63,871 bases of DNA, filler included, from Octopus bimaculoides (GCF_001194135.2; 9 parts of 7 records of this genome joined end to end with filler, not necessarily neighbours in it); one strand, 5' to 3'. Shown: positions 12,015 through 26,280, numbered from the whole stretch's first letter. A program made the numbers and translations. The notes: a model not told the origin generated them from the letters alone.

Positions 12015-12625
12015 GTAACTAAATAGCTTGCTTACCAACCACATGGTTCTGGTTTCAGTCCCACTGCGTAGCACCTTGGGCAAGTGTCTTCTACTATAAC
12101 CTCGGGCCGACCAAAGCCTTGTGGGTGGATTTGGTAGACGNNNNNNNNNNNNNNNNNNNNNNNNNNNNNNNNNNNNNNNNNNNNNNNNNNNNNNNNNNNN
12201 NNNNNNNNNNNNNNNNNNNNNNNNNNNNNNNNNNNNNNNNNNNNNNNNNNNNNNNNNNNNNNNNNNNNNNNNNNNNNNNNNNNNNNNNNNNNNNNNNNNN
12301 NNNNNNNNNNNNNNNNNNNNNNNNNNNNNNNNNNNNNNNNNNNNNNNNNNNNNNNNNNNNNNNNNNNNNNNNNNNNNNNNNNNNNNNNNNNNNNNNNNNN
12401 NNNNNNNNNNNNNNNATATATATGTTTGTGTGTCTGTGTTTGTCCCCACCTCGCTTGACAACCGATGCTGGTGTGTTTACGTGCCGTCACTTAGCGGTTC
12501 GGCAAGAGAGACCGATAGAATAAGTACTAGGCTTACAAAGAATAAGTCCTGGGGTTGATTTGCTCGACTAAAGGCGGTGCTCCAGCATGGCCACAGTCAA
12601 ATGACTAAAACAAATAAAAGAATAT
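12015..12625 (+). mobile_element. tRNA-derived SINE, family B (gap inside)
   Basis: agcttgcttaccaaccacatggttctggtttcagtcccactgcg...ggcggtgctccagcatggccacagtcaaatgact; shared with 19612, 37904 and 56530. Confidence 0.85.
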
Positions 12626-13324
12626 ATATATATGGAATTATACAGATTTTTAAAGCTGTGTCAACTTCTTGGCATTGATAATTAAGTAATTTTAATTTGA
12701 AGATACAGAATGGACTTTCCCCCTCAAATGTTTATTTAATCCGTTATGTTTATTTCAATTTTTATTCTTGTACGTCTTTCTTCCATTTATGATAGAATTA
12801 CATTAGTCATCCATTTTCATCTCTTCATTTTCCCCTTTCATGCATTCTATTTTCCTAACCAATGTCTGCAAGCAATTTTTAATCGTTTCATTATTCTTCT
12901 ATTTGTTCTTCTAACGAGTTTCTTCTGTTTCTTCTTCATAGTGTAAATATCCTTTCTTGTTTCACATTTCTCCATTATATTTTTGTTTGCACTCTGTTTT
13001 AACAAGTTTAACTGTTCTCACTTTTTTTTTGCCGTTGTTTTCATTTACTTAAGTTTAATTTATAATTTAATTATTTCATATACACAATGTTCTTTAAGTT
13101 AATTGTGTTGAAAAACAAGATTATTGCACACAATGTTCTTCAAGTTAGTCGTGTTGAAAAGCAAGATTACAATATCTTTTTAAAGTTTTGTGTTAAGCTT
13201 TTTCCAGTTTACAGATTATATTTTTTATTTGCATAAATTAGAGATGAACAACAACAATTCTATACAATGTCTGACTGAGTTTTGAAAGTTCCTCGTCTAT
13301 TATAAAGAACGAGATTTAAAATTC

Positions 13325-13640
13325 ATACTCTTCTACTTGTTTCAGTCATTGGACTGGCCATACTGGGACACCACCTTGAAAGCTTTAGTCGAAAAAACTT
13401 ATCCCATTCCTTTTTTTAAAATTTTTTCTCGTTTCAGTCATTAGACTGCAGACATGCTGGAGCACTGCTTTGAAAAATTTTAGTCGAACGAATTGAACCC
13501 AGTGTTTATTAATATTATTTTTATTTACAAAGCTTAATACTTATTATATCAGTCTCTTTTGCTGAATCGCTAAGATACGGGACCGTTAGCATACGAACAC
13601 CGGTTGTCAAGCGATGGTGGGGGGACAAACACACACATGT
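13325..13640 (-). mobile_element. Two SINE family B 3' fragments
   Basis: Reverse-complement matches to the family B tail (gtttcagtcatt...catgctggagcactgc...). Confidence 0.65.
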
Positions 13641-13824
13641 AACTAGATGTGTGCCGTTGGCAATTTCTTTTCCATCTCTGGACTTTTCCCTTTCTCCTTT
13701 CCGATGAAAAGCTATGCTTGAACGTCAAGCTCGCTCTTTTCACCGAGCGTCAAACTAATACATTTATTGTGCATACCCTCACGTTCATTTTTTAAATTCC
13801 TTTATTTGAATTGACTATATATAT

Positions 13825-13924
13825 NNNNNNNNNNNNNNNNNNNNNNNNNNNNNNNNNNNNNNNNNNNNTTAATTAATTAANNNNNNNNNNNNNNNNNNNN
13901 NNNNNNNNNNNNNNNNNNNNNNNN
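13825..13924. other. Synthetic 100-bp gap spacer (44 N + TTAATTAATTAA + 44 N); 12-mers also at 20516, 28779, 37142, 40135, 57741, 59803, 62495
   Basis: Identical 12-mer centred in identically sized gaps eight times; it places stop codons in all six frames. Confidence 0.95.
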
Positions 13925-13968
<44 letters not shown>

Positions 13969-14032
13969 ATATATATTTATAAATAGATAGATAGATAGAT
14001 AGATAGACATACAAATACATTCGCACACACTC

Positions 14033-14085
<53 letters not shown>

Positions 14086-14549
14086 TGTATCTGAATCACG
14101 TATAGTATATTTATATGCGTGTTTGTCTACAAATGTGTATGTATGTATGTGTATATACATGCATGTGTCTATGTGTGTGTTTGTGTGTGTACGTGCGTTA
14201 AAAACAAATCACAATTGAACAGAAGAAAAACGCCATCACTATTGAGTTCAGTGATCAATCAGATAAATGGAAATAAACATTGAATTGTTTTTAAATATCA
14301 ACATCAAGAACAATGAACAGAACAGAAACAACATCAACAATAACAACAACAATTTTAACAACAACAGTCTCAGCATCAAGACAAATGACCGCCTCGGCTG
14401 CACAGTTTATGATTGACATCCGAGATTAAAATAGTTTTGCTATCTTTACAATCTCTCTGCCTCCAACGACACACGGTGTAGGTCTGTTATACACGGAACA
14501 CAAGTAACGCTATCTGTCTGTCTGACTGACTGACTGACTGACTGACTGT

Positions 14550-14594
<45 letters not shown>

Positions 14595-14999
14595 AACCTT
14601 ATCTGTATCTACATCTACATCTACAAACGCGCGCACGCACAGAGATATACATTCGTATACATGTATCTACATCAACGAAGAGCTGACTAACTGGGGAGTG
14701 TTAAAGAGACAAGAAACTCTAAATCAAGTGCAAAATCGATATATATAAGTATCTTAATATTATTTAAAATTCTTGTACATTTATTTCGACTTCTATTCTA
14801 CGACTTGTGTACAGAATGTGACCAGCCGGGGACTCAAATTGGCTCATACCTCGATTACACACGCACACACACACACGCACGCAGATACATACAAAGATAC
14901 ATACATACATACATACATAATACATACATACATACATACATACATGCATACATACATACTAGCTGTTCTTCAGGTATGATATAGTTGCCAAGACTATTT

Positions 15000-15480
15000 A
15001 TAACACTAGCTGCAGGAAGGATTGCCCTGGCGTATATACATCAAAGATATGTCAGAACCAGCATGTATTCACACCTTTAAAAAAAAAAAATATCGGTGGA
15101 ACATTCCAATAAAAACAGCAATTCGTGATAAACATAAGAAACGTGATACTGTTCTGTGGACAGGGAACAAAATCATGCACTGTTGTAGAAGTCTGTTGTC
15201 CAGAGGATGTGAATGTACCATCAAACGTCCCTGCAAAAGAAAACATCTATGGCGAATTAATGCGGAAATCACTGCCTTTGTACCCTGACTATACATTCTC
15301 TCTTGTACCTTTCATCATAGGTGCATTAGGTTATGTCCCTACAAATTTACATCAAAAGCTAAAACTGCAAGGTTTTTCGAAGAAAATGCAAAAGAAACTG
15401 ACGCAGATTCTCCAAATCCAATCTATTTGTGGCATAGTGAAGATTTGTAAGACATTCCAAAGATTCTCTATCTGACATTC
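15000..15480 (+). mobile_element. 3' end of an RLE-type non-LTR retrotransposon
   Basis: WNIPIKTAI...CTVVEVCCPEDVNV...KENIYGEL...PFIIGALGYVP...CKTFQRF*, a restriction-like endonuclease domain remnant. Confidence 0.75.
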
Positions 15481-16170
15481 TTTAGATAAATAGATGCACA
15501 TACTTGGGTGTCGGCATCGACAGCTTAACCAACACACCAACTCAACCATATTTACAAACACTGGGAGATCTCTTAAGTTAAAAAGTCTTGTTGCTTTGTC
15601 ACCAACCGACTTGAACTCTCTTAAGAACTTAAATAAAACTCAAAGGAAACACACACTCACATTCACACACACTTACACACAGATATACGCACACACGCAT
15701 ATATGGACATATATGGATACATACATGCAAACATACATACATACATTCATTCATGCATACATACATACATTCATACATACATACATATATANNNNNNNNN
15801 NNNNNNNNNNNNNNNNNNNNNNNNNNNNNNNNNNNNNNNNNNNNNNNNNNNNNNNNNNNNNNNNNNNNNNNNNNNNNNNNNNNNNNNNNNNNNNNNNNNN
15901 NNNNNNNNNNNNNNNNNNNNNNNNNNNNNNNNNNNNNNNNNNNNNNNNNNNNNNNNNNNNNNNNNNNNNNNNNNNNNNNNNNNNNNNNNNNNNNNNNNNN
16001 NNNNNNNNNNNNNNNNNNNNNNNNNNNNNNNNNNNNNNNNNNNNNNNNNNNNNNNNNNNNNNNNNNNNNNNNNNNNNNNNNNNNNNNNNNNNNNNNNNNN
16101 NNNNNNNNNNNNNNNNNNNNNNNNNACTATTCAATTTTTTTTCTCCGTGTTTTTCTCCTTGTCTCCGTAT

Positions 16171-16207
16171 TCTTTCTGTTGAAGAGCGTAGCTCGAAACG
16201 TCAAAGA
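16171..16207 (+). ncRNA. Minimal type-I hammerhead-like motif (Penelope-associated), best-preserved copy
   Basis: TCTTT-CTGTTGA-A-GAG(CGTAG)CTC-GAAACGTC-AAAGA. Stem I TCTTT/AAAGA, stem II GAG/CTC, loopless palindromic stem III ACGT, GUC site. A6 of the CUGANGA core is U. Confidence 0.55.
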
Positions 16208-16295
16208 CTTTCCGTATTCCCGAGCGTCATACTAATATATACTTTTGTTATTTACACCACCTGTCCTCGTCTGTTGTTATTATTTGTATATTCTC

Positions 16296-16329
<34 letters not shown>

Positions 16330-16379
16330 TTAATTCCGAGATAGTTGTAGGTTTCCTAGTTAGAGACAAGAGAGATAGA

Positions 16380-16610
16380 CAAGCCATTGATTGATGTGTT
16401 TGTTCTCTGCCTGCCACACAGTCTTCCCTCAGTTGATTATCATGCATGGGCGTTTATTCTGCCCAAACTCCATTCCTATATCTCGTGAGAAAATTGTAGC
16501 CAGTTCTAATTGTCTCTTGATGTTGGTCATATTACCAGAATATAAGTTTAGGTCGTCAACAAAAAGTGTGTGGGTAACATTAACTTTATTCTTTTCTACA
16601 CATCCCAGCA
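16380..16610 (-). mobile_element. Reverse-transcriptase fragment (R4/Dong-like)
   Basis: THTLFVDDLNLYSGN...FSRDIGMEFGQNK contains the FxDD catalytic motif. Confidence 0.75.
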
Positions 16611-16775
16611 TACATATATACATACATAGATACATACATTCATGCATACAGAAAATGAATGCATACACATGTTGCACATACACATGATATTGACAGAGAG
16701 ATGTATTTCTTCGGAAGCTCCACCAACATCATGCACACCACATATACACACACAGACATTCACACACACATACTA

Positions 16776-16814
<39 letters not shown>

Positions 16815-17091
16815 ACCTGTGTGTCTGTCTGTGAGTAAATTTTATATATGGAGTGAAAGAAAAGGGAGAGACAGGAAGGGGGAAAGAGAGAGAGAGTGGG
16901 AGTGAGAGGGAGAGAGAAATCTAATTGTCCGATACCATAGATTTCGAACGAATAAATTCGCAGTTATTCGATCGGTATTTTGATAATGGATGAAGTCTGT
17001 CATTTTCAGTGAGTTAAAATGGCCGTACTTTTGCTGGAGACAATTTATAAAGCCTAGTTTTGACAATTTAAAAAATATTCCACACATATAA

Positions 17092-17175
<84 letters not shown>

Positions 17176-18087
17176 NNNNNNNNNNNNNNNNNNNNNNNNN
17201 NNNNNNNNNNNNNNNNNNNNNNNNNNNNNNNNNNNNNNNNNNNNNNNNNNNNNNNNNNNNNNNNNNNNNNNNNNNNNNNNNNNNNNNNNNNNNNNNNNNN
17301 NNNNNNNNNNNNNNNNNNNNNNNNNNNNNNNNNNNNNNNNNNNNNNNNNNNNNNNNNNNNNNNNNNNNNNNNNNNNNNNNNNNNNNNNNNNNNNNNNNNN
17401 NNNNNNNNNNNNNNNNNNNNNNNNNNNNNNNNNNNNNNNNNNNNNNNNNNNNNNNNNNNNNNNNNNNNNNNNNNNNNNNNNNNNNNNNNNNNNNNNNNNN
17501 NNNNNNNNNNNNNNNNNNNNNNNNNNNNNNNNNNNNNNNNNNNNNNNNNNNNNNNNNNNNNNNNNNNNNNNNNNNNNNNNNNNNNNNNNNNNNNNNNNNN
17601 NNNNNNNNNNNNNNNNNNNNNNNNNNNNNNNNNNNNNNNNNNNNNNNNNNNNNNNNNNNNNNNNNNNNNNNNNNNNNNNNNNNNNNNNNNNNNNNNNNNN
17701 NNNNNNNNNNNNNNNNNNNNNNNNNNNNNNNNNNNNNNNNNNNNNNNNNNNNNNNNNNNNNNNNNNNNNNNNNNNNNNNNNNNNNNNNNNNNNNNNNNNN
17801 NNNNNNNNNNNNNNNNNNNNNNNNNNNNNNNNNNNNNNNNNNNNNNNNNNNNNNNNNNNNNNNNNNNNNNNNNNNNNNNNNNNNNNNNNNNNNNNNNNNN
17901 NNNNNNNNNNNNNNNNNNNNNNNNNNNNNNNNNNNNNNNNNNNNNNNNNNNNNNNNNNNNNNNNNNNNNNNNNNNNNNNNNNNNNNNNNNNNNNNNNNNN
18001 NNNNNNNNNNNNNNNNNNNNNNNNNNNNNNNNNNNNNNNNNNNNNNNNNNNNNNNNNNNNNNNNNNNNNNNNNNNNNNNNNNNNNNN

Positions 18088-18134
<47 letters not shown>

Positions 18135-18136
<2 letters not shown>

Positions 18137-18735
18137 CGTTGTCATAGTAATGAAGCTAAAGCATGCAGTGTAAAAGCCGCTTGGCACAGGTTGACCTTGA
18201 ACTTTGCTATGCATGCGCACTAATTTTTAACATTCTAGCTCACTTCCGCTGTTTACAGCAGTGCTTGAAAGGAAAGTGTATAGCGTGTGATCGTCGCATT
18301 GAACATGACAGAGAAAGTTGAGCGGAGAATCTGCATCAAATTTTGCGAAAAGCTTGGTGATACCTACTCATAGAACTATGCAAAGTTCTCAAAAAGTTTT
18401 CATCGTTCTCGACACAATCAAGGAGATCTTGTGCAATTGAAACCCGAGTGTCTTTTTGGTCAGCTGAAAGCAGTTTTGGCACAAACTCGGCAACTTTGCG
18501 CAGGCCTCTGAGCAGGTATCGCCATGACAACTTTCTCTGCCATGGTCGATGCAGCGATCACACGCTACACATCTTCCAAGCACTGCTGCAAACAGTGGAA
18601 GTGAGCTAGAACGTGAAGACTTAGTGCGCATGCAAGGCAGAGTTCAAGGTCAATCTTTGCCAAGCGGCTTTACTCTGCGTGCTTTAGCTTCGTTACTATG
18701 GCAACAGTCCGGATGCTTACTGATCAGACCACGTA
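18135..18735. mobile_element. Fold-back non-autonomous mariner derivative
   Basis: 18139-18385 is an imperfect inverted repeat of 18491-18705. The spacer encodes VPKLLSADQKDTRVSIAQDLLDCVENDENF on the minus strand, and the left arm encodes MTEKVERRICIKFC (mariner N-terminus). Confidence 0.85.
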
Positions 18736-19044
18736 GAGAGATATTTATATAACCTCCATGGATGTAGTCAAAATTATTTTAATTTTGATCCTTCATCCAG
18801 CACTTCCTTTAGTTACCTTCCATACATAAGCTCTGTTGTGTAGCCAACGTAAACGAGACTATTTTTATGTGAAAGCAGACAACACCTATAATACTAATTT
18901 TGAAATTCAGCTGAAATATTTGGCCAAAGTTTCGATCGCAATTGGCCAACAACTAATGTAAGTTTCTTCTAGACCTATAGTGACAGTTTGGGCACAAAAA
19001 GTGCGTCAAAGCGTCTCCTATACATACATACATACATACATACA

Positions 19045-19075
<31 letters not shown>

Positions 19076-19079
19076 GTAA

Positions 19080-19430
19080 GCATAATAGATCTGACATAGT
19101 AACTTGGGAAAGGGAAAGAGAAGCTGTGTACAGTAGTGGCAACTAGCTGCCCAGCGGATGTGAACATAAGGCTAAAAATCAGTGAAAAAGAAAATACTTT
19201 CACTGAACTATTGGGAAATCTACAGTTACACTACCCAGACTAAAAGTACAAGTTTATACCTATAATTACTGGGGTACAGAGATATTTAACACACTGTCTA
19301 AGTAGCAATCTTTAGAGATTAGGCTTCTCAAAACCAGAAAACAGAAAGCTAATTCGAAGACTACAGATCTAAGCCGTCACTAGAACTCTAGAAATGTGTA
19401 AGACTTTCCAGAAGTTTACCATTTAAGTCT
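19080..19430 (+). mobile_element. Degenerate RLE-type non-LTR 3' end (same family as 15000-15480)
   Basis: Homologous nucleotide blocks (gctgcccagcggatgtgaac, gaaaaagaaaatac, tgtaagactttccagaagttt). Confidence 0.65.
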
Positions 19431-19611
19431 AAATGAGCATGTCTAGATATGCAACTATATGCATGAGAAGACATACATAAAACAAAACGTACAAATCTTC
19501 ACGTATTCTGACTCCAATTACTGCACCTATACACACGTATGTGAAAAAATACCCTGTTGATATTGAAATTCCAATGAAGGAAATCTTGAAATAAAGCTGA
19601 ATAAAGGTATA

Positions 19612-20003
19612 CATAGGCGCAAGAGTGGATGTGTAGTAAGTAGCTTGCTTACTAACCACATAGTTCCCGGTTCAGTCCCACTGCAAGGCACCTTGGGTGT
19701 GTGTTTTCTACTTTAGCCTCGGGCCGACCAAAGCCATGTGAGTGGATTTGGTAGACGGAAACTGAAAGAAGCCCGTCGTATGTATGTGTGTGTGTTTGCG
19801 GTTGTCCCTCCACTGTCGCTTGACAACCGATGCTGGTGTGTTTACGCCCCCGTAACTTAGCGGTTCGGCAAAAGAGAACGATAGAATAAGTACCAGGCTT
19901 ACAAAGAACAAGTCCTGGGGTCGATTTGTTCGATTAAAGGCAGTGCTCCAGTATGGCCGCAGTCAAATGACTAAAACAACTAAAAGAATAAAAAAATAAA
20001 AGA
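19612..20003 (+). mobile_element. Full-length tRNA-derived SINE, family B
   Basis: Head ggcgcaagagtggatgtgtagtaagtagcttg, internal (TG)n, tail aaaagaataaaa. Confidence 0.9.
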
Positions 20004-20741
20004 ATACATACATATATAGGGGGTGCTGAAAACTACCTGGCTTTGGGCAAAAGGAAATTCAGGAGGATTAGTTATTTTTATTTAACATATTCACCTCTCA
20101 GTTCATACACTCAAATGGTTGGGTCTCCAGCCAGACCTTTCACGATATCCTTAAAGCCATGAACTCTTCAGAAACTCCTTGTATAAAACCTTATATATTT
20201 ATCATCAACTTTCTGTTTAATTCTAGGGGTCAACTGACATACAATAACCAATAACCTCTCCTCCACCCAATCCACAATGGCTGCAAGAAAATTCTCTCTT
20301 CCCACTTTTCCCCTTATACACTGATTCTCCACATTCCTGCTTATATAACCCGAACAACAGATCATTGATTCTGCACTTGGTATCCCTCTGGTGAGCAGCA
20401 AGGTGAAATTCAAATAACTCGACATGAGATGTGTATGTGTGTGTGTGCGTGCAGATATATATATATATATANNNNNNNNNNNNNNNNNNNNNNNNNNNNN
20501 NNNNNNNNNNNNNNNTTAATTAATTAANNNNNNNNNNNNNNNNNNNNNNNNNNNNNNNNNNNNNNNNNNNNATATATATATATATATATATAAACATATA
20601 TAAACATATAGACATATATACGATTTAAACATACACATACACAGACATACACAGACACACGCAATAAAACACACATACACATACACACACACAGCAACCA
20701 AATAAGTAAGAGTGATGAAGTTTTACATGATTCATGCTTAC

Positions 20742-20820
20742 ATTCAAATTCGTGTGCCATATAGGTTATCATCAGTACGTTTTGTACTTGTATGGATTCG
20801 TATGGATGAGCAGGTTTCTC
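20742..20820 (-). CDS. Weak candidate exon continuing the minus-strand gene
   Basis: catatcag| acceptor, AAT|GTAAGC donor. Phase-0 frame EKPAHPYESIQVQNVLMITYMAHEFE. Alternative acceptors and frames are possible. Confidence 0.25.
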
Positions 20821-21043
20821 CTGATATGATTGTAATATATTCCAATTCTGCGTTAGATGCGATACATGTTTTTAAAGAGTTTTTTTAATGATATATTCAT
20901 CCATTTTATAATCGGTTTCCAACAGAATTCTTTTCCCATTATATAATTTAGTTGAGAAGATTCTTATATTTTTCTATATCACTATAACCCTTCAATTGTT
21001 TATTACAAATCCATAAAACTGTATTAATATCAGCAACACTTAC

Positions 21044-21100
21044 CGTCTTTGTGGTTGTTGTCTTTGGTTTCCTTGGGGCAAGTCGTCGCTTACAAACAGA
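21044..21100 (-). CDS. Candidate 57-bp internal exon of the same minus-strand gene
   Basis: Acceptor ttttcatttacattctag|, donor ACG|GTAAGT. Phase-0 frame SVCKRRLAPRKPKTTTTKT is compatible with 27579-27690. Confidence 0.4.
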
Positions 21101-22759
21101 CTAGAATGTAAATGAAAATCTTCATAATAAATAAGGAAACACATATGTTTAAGAGTGTTCTACTTTTGTTTGCTTTTTGCTTTTTTCTTTTGTCCATATG
21201 GTGTACAAGCTACAATTTCATGTTATTGTGCTCATTAATTGTGTTAACGTTTGCTTCATTATAATAAATTGCTTCCTAACTTCTGGTGACACTTGCGTGT
21301 AAAAAGGGAAACTGGGTGAAAATGATCAAACTTTAAACCTCTATAACTTTTTAGAAACATTTTTCTGAAAAATATGAAATAACTCCCAGCAATTCTGTTT
21401 GGGCAAGTGTATCATTTTGCCAACGTCGGTGTAACCAGTGAACATCGAAGGATTAACACTAAGAAGGAGGAAATATTATTTACATATATTTATTCGTTTG
21501 CCCGACAGGTAGTTAGCGACATTAGTACTTGTAGTGATAGCGAAATTTATTTTCGATTGTGACAAAAAGNNNNNNNNNNNNNNNNNNNNNNNNNNNNNNN
21601 NNNNNNNNNNNNNNNNNNNNNNNNNNNNNNNNNNNNNNNNNNNNNNNNNNNNNNNNNNNNNNNNNNNNNNNNNNNNNNNNNNNNNNNNNNNNNNNNNNNN
21701 NNNNNNNNNNNNNNNNNNNNNNNNNNNNNNNNNNNNNNNNNNNNNNNNNNNNNNNNNNNNNNNNNNNNNNNNNNNNNNNNNNNNNNNNNNNNNNNNNNNN
21801 NNNNNNNNNNNNNNNNNNNNNNNNNNNNNNNNNNNNNNNNNNNNNNNNNNNNNNNNNNNNNNNNNNNNNNNNNNNNNNNNNNNNNNNNNNNNNNNNNNNN
21901 NNNNNNNNNNNNNNNNNNNNNNNNNNNNNNNNNNNNNNNNNNNNNNNNNNNNNNNNNNNNNNNNNNNNNNNNNNNNNNNNNNNNNNNNNNNNNNNNNNNN
22001 NNNNNNNNNNNNNNNNNNNNNNNNNNNNNNNNNNNNNNNNNNNNNNNNNNNNNNNNNNNNNNNNNNNNNNNNNNNNNNNNNNNNNNNNNNNNNNNNNNNN
22101 NNNNNNNNNNNNNNNNNNNNNNNNNNNNNNNNNNNNNNNNNNNNNNNNNNNNNNNNNNNNNNNNNNNNNNNNNNNNNNNNNNNNNNNNNNNNNNNNNNNN
22201 NNNNNNNNNNNNNNNNNNNNATATATATATATATATATATATACATGTGTGTGTGTGTGCATACATATGGGACGGTGTATGTGTGTATTAGCCTGCAAAA
22301 ATACGCTGAAAATATGCGTGAAAGAACATACTATTTCTGTAACATTTGCATAACACAAAGTAAATGAACGAACATTTGATTGAGAACAACACAATTGAGA
22401 ATAATACGAACAGAACAATAAATAGGCTTTTCTTGTACACAAAATGGGAAACCAAATGGACCATAAATATTTTTTATATATATAAATATTTGCACGAGAG
22501 AAAATTTTCAAGAATAACTTCTGCTTCAAAAACGATGTTGTGACATATTTTCATAATTAAGCTGTTATGCATTAGGAATGAACACACAACATTTTTGAAC
22601 CACCCAGTTATGCACTGATAAGCTACTGTCTCGTTTTTTCGATCTTTTCACTCATTCATTCATTATTAATACGCAGTATTTACTAATATCTACTTTCGTA
22701 AGCTAATTATTTAAATTGACTCTTCAATATATAACTTCCTAATCTCTCTNNNNNNNNNN

Positions 22760-22821
<62 letters not shown>

Positions 22822-23269
22822 CTTAGTTTTTTCCCTAATTCTTCATGTAATTTCCAAATGAAATCTCTCTAATACCCTTAGCTCTTCTTCCCGCCCGTGT
22901 TCTCAAGTTGGCTACATATTTTTTCGTACCATCTCTTAAATAAACCTTTGCTTGTTCGCGGTGGACCCGCCCATTCACGCCCCTCCACCAATACCGGATA
23001 TCTAGCTTCTCTCACCGGAGACCCCTTCTCTCACTGGTGGTATCCTCTATCATACCCTGCAATTTCGCCTCCTTTCTCTCCCCTCTCTCTTCCGGGACAA
23101 ATGCAACTAGTTTAGTTGCCTACGTACTTATTCTAACATATTGATATTCATATTTACTTTTATCTAGTCATTTTTATTTATTTATTTATTTGTTATTGCT
23201 TATATCTGCAGCACCAGTAATGCTTAAATTTACGATGGTCATAATGCTTATACTTACAACGCCGCTAAC

Positions 23270-23865
23270 ACGTACTCCTACCTCCGGTAAGGGCAAGAGT
23301 TTTAACATGAACGTTTAACTGATGACAGGTCAAAAGTGAGAACAGGTGTAGCATGTTTATCAAACGAACATGGAAATCTTTTTTTCTGGCACTGAATAAC
23401 AACTTCCCTTCCCATGCCTCCTCCCACATTCTTTTACCAGTTTTTAGAGTTGGCACTGTCAATGCAGGCATATTGAAAGATAGGTCTAGTGAAATTGCAG
23501 AGATGCTTGAACGGAGACGTGTTGATGTATGCTGCACACAAGAGATAAGGTAGAGAGGAGCTACCACAAAGACGAGAAGCAATGACCTCATCTTTGCGGC
23601 TGGAGATTTTAATGGGCATGTCGGACGGCAATCTGGTATCTTCCATGGTGTTCACGGGGGTCATGGAATTGGTTCCCGAAATAAAGAAGGAACTAGGCTA
23701 TTGGAGTTCTGTGATGCAAGCAACCTAAAAATCTGCAGCACCAACTTCAGGAAGCCAGAGAGCCACCTGATAACCTATCAATCAGGCGTCTCTGCTAGTC
23801 AGATTGATTTCATCCTCACCAGACAGCGGGATGCATGGTTGCTCTTAAATACAAAGACCCTTCAG
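23270..23865 (+). mobile_element. RTE-clade LINE AP-endonuclease remnant
   Basis: FRVGTVNAGILKDRSSEIAEMLERRRVDVCCTQEIR* ... AGDFNGHVG ... LLEFCDASNLKICSTNFRKPESHLITYQSG...QIDFILTR. Confidence 0.85.
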
Positions 23866-23899
23866 ATGTCGAAAAATGTTATGAACTTGCTCTTGATTG

Positions 23900-24667
<768 letters not shown>

Positions 24668-25844
24668 TAGTGATGTATATTGTAGTTGTTTTATCTAGTT
24701 TAGCCGTAATTGACCAGACCTTTGATTAAAAGAGTTCCTATCGTGACAATTCCTTTATGCATTTATATATGGTGTATCCTGAATCATTATACTATACACT
24801 TCACTCATTTTTCAAACATTAGTAGAGCAATATTTAAGCAAGCTTAGGCAATTATTTCTTGCATCCGAAGTGAGAGTTTAGCGTTAATCATGTTGACCTG
24901 ATTAACGGTACATGTATAACTAAAAGATTAAACATTACCAACGAACCTTTTTTGATGAAAACATTGAAATTGGTGAGGTATCTTCCGGGATATGATCTGT
25001 AAAATGAGGTCCTTGAAATTTAATCTATAAAATAAAATCATAAATGACCAAGTCAGTCGTTTTACGAAGAACGCAAGATTAATATAATTGTTATTTAGTC
25101 TAAGTCCTTTTAGTGTTAAACAAATGGAACAGATTTTTATTAGCTTAGATGAAAGGTAGCTGGTAAGTAGAAATAAGAGAGTTATTGTCAGGTCGAAGTC
25201 TTGGCCCAAATGCTTGGAGTAAATTCCGATAAAGACACCTAAGGGGTAGATGGTGGCACAGAACCAAGTGGCAGATTAAATTTAACAGTTTCTAATATAA
25301 CCGCCAATAACAAGATAAGAAGCTTTTATATTGGAGCTCGCTAGGTCAGAGGTTTTCAAGCTATGTTTCACAACCTAAATTGTGCTGTGAAAACATTTGA
25401 TAAAAAATGTAAAATGTCCATGGCTATGTTATACAATAGGTTCATGACTATAACGGTTGCAACTCAACATTTACTGCAAGCAAAAAGTTAAGGAATATTT
25501 CTCAAAGTAAACTAACAAAGTGAACGCTCCCTCTATTGAAATATATTGCACAAGGGGATTACGGAATTTTATGACTTGCCAAAATGGGTTACAATAGTAA
25601 AAGTTTGGAAAAAGCCATGCTAGGTGGACTGAGTTAAGTGTACATAACTGTCTTACATTGAGATGGAACGAAATTCCTGCAGTGGGATATGACGACCTCC
25701 TCAGAAATAAAGACGGTACCTTATTCATCAAAATATTTATCGAATTTCTGCTATAAACTAAAAGCAAGTTAGCATCCTGAACATTAAGAACTCTTTTGTG
25801 CGTAAAGAAATGATAGATTGCAACTCATTATTATCTCCTGATAA

Positions 25845-26280
25845 AGGGTGGTGGTTTAGCAGAATCATCAGAGCGTTGGAAAAAAATGCTTTGCAATGTT
25901 TGTTCCTGCTCTTCATGATTTAAGATCAAATCACATGTAGTTATGTAGTAATCTTTGCCTTTGATATGTATGGGGTCAATAAAATAAAGCACCAGTCAAG
26001 TATTGAGCTGATGCAATCGACTAAAAGCCTCCTTTCAAAGCTGTTGACCGTGTGCCTAAATTAGACACTATTAATATCTCCGGTAGAAGAGTGGTAGATT
26101 CGCTGGAGCAGGAGACAAAATACTTGTCAGTATTTCTTCACGTTCTGAGTTCAACTTCCTTTGCGGTCGACTTTAACTCTTATCACTTTCGAGTCAATAA
26201 AATAGACTACCAGTTAAAATTCTGAAGTCGATTTAACTAACTCTCCCCTTTCAGGCCTTGTACTTATATTAGAAGAAAGT
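25845..26280 (+). mobile_element. Two degenerate tandem SINE family A copies
   Basis: ggtggtggtttagcagaatc..., ttctgagttcaac...gtcgactttaactc...gaagtcgattt. Confidence 0.55.

Noticed and set aside
20110-20430. Possible CR1/Jockey RT fragment
   Set aside because: Too degenerate to support; catalytic motifs are not intact.
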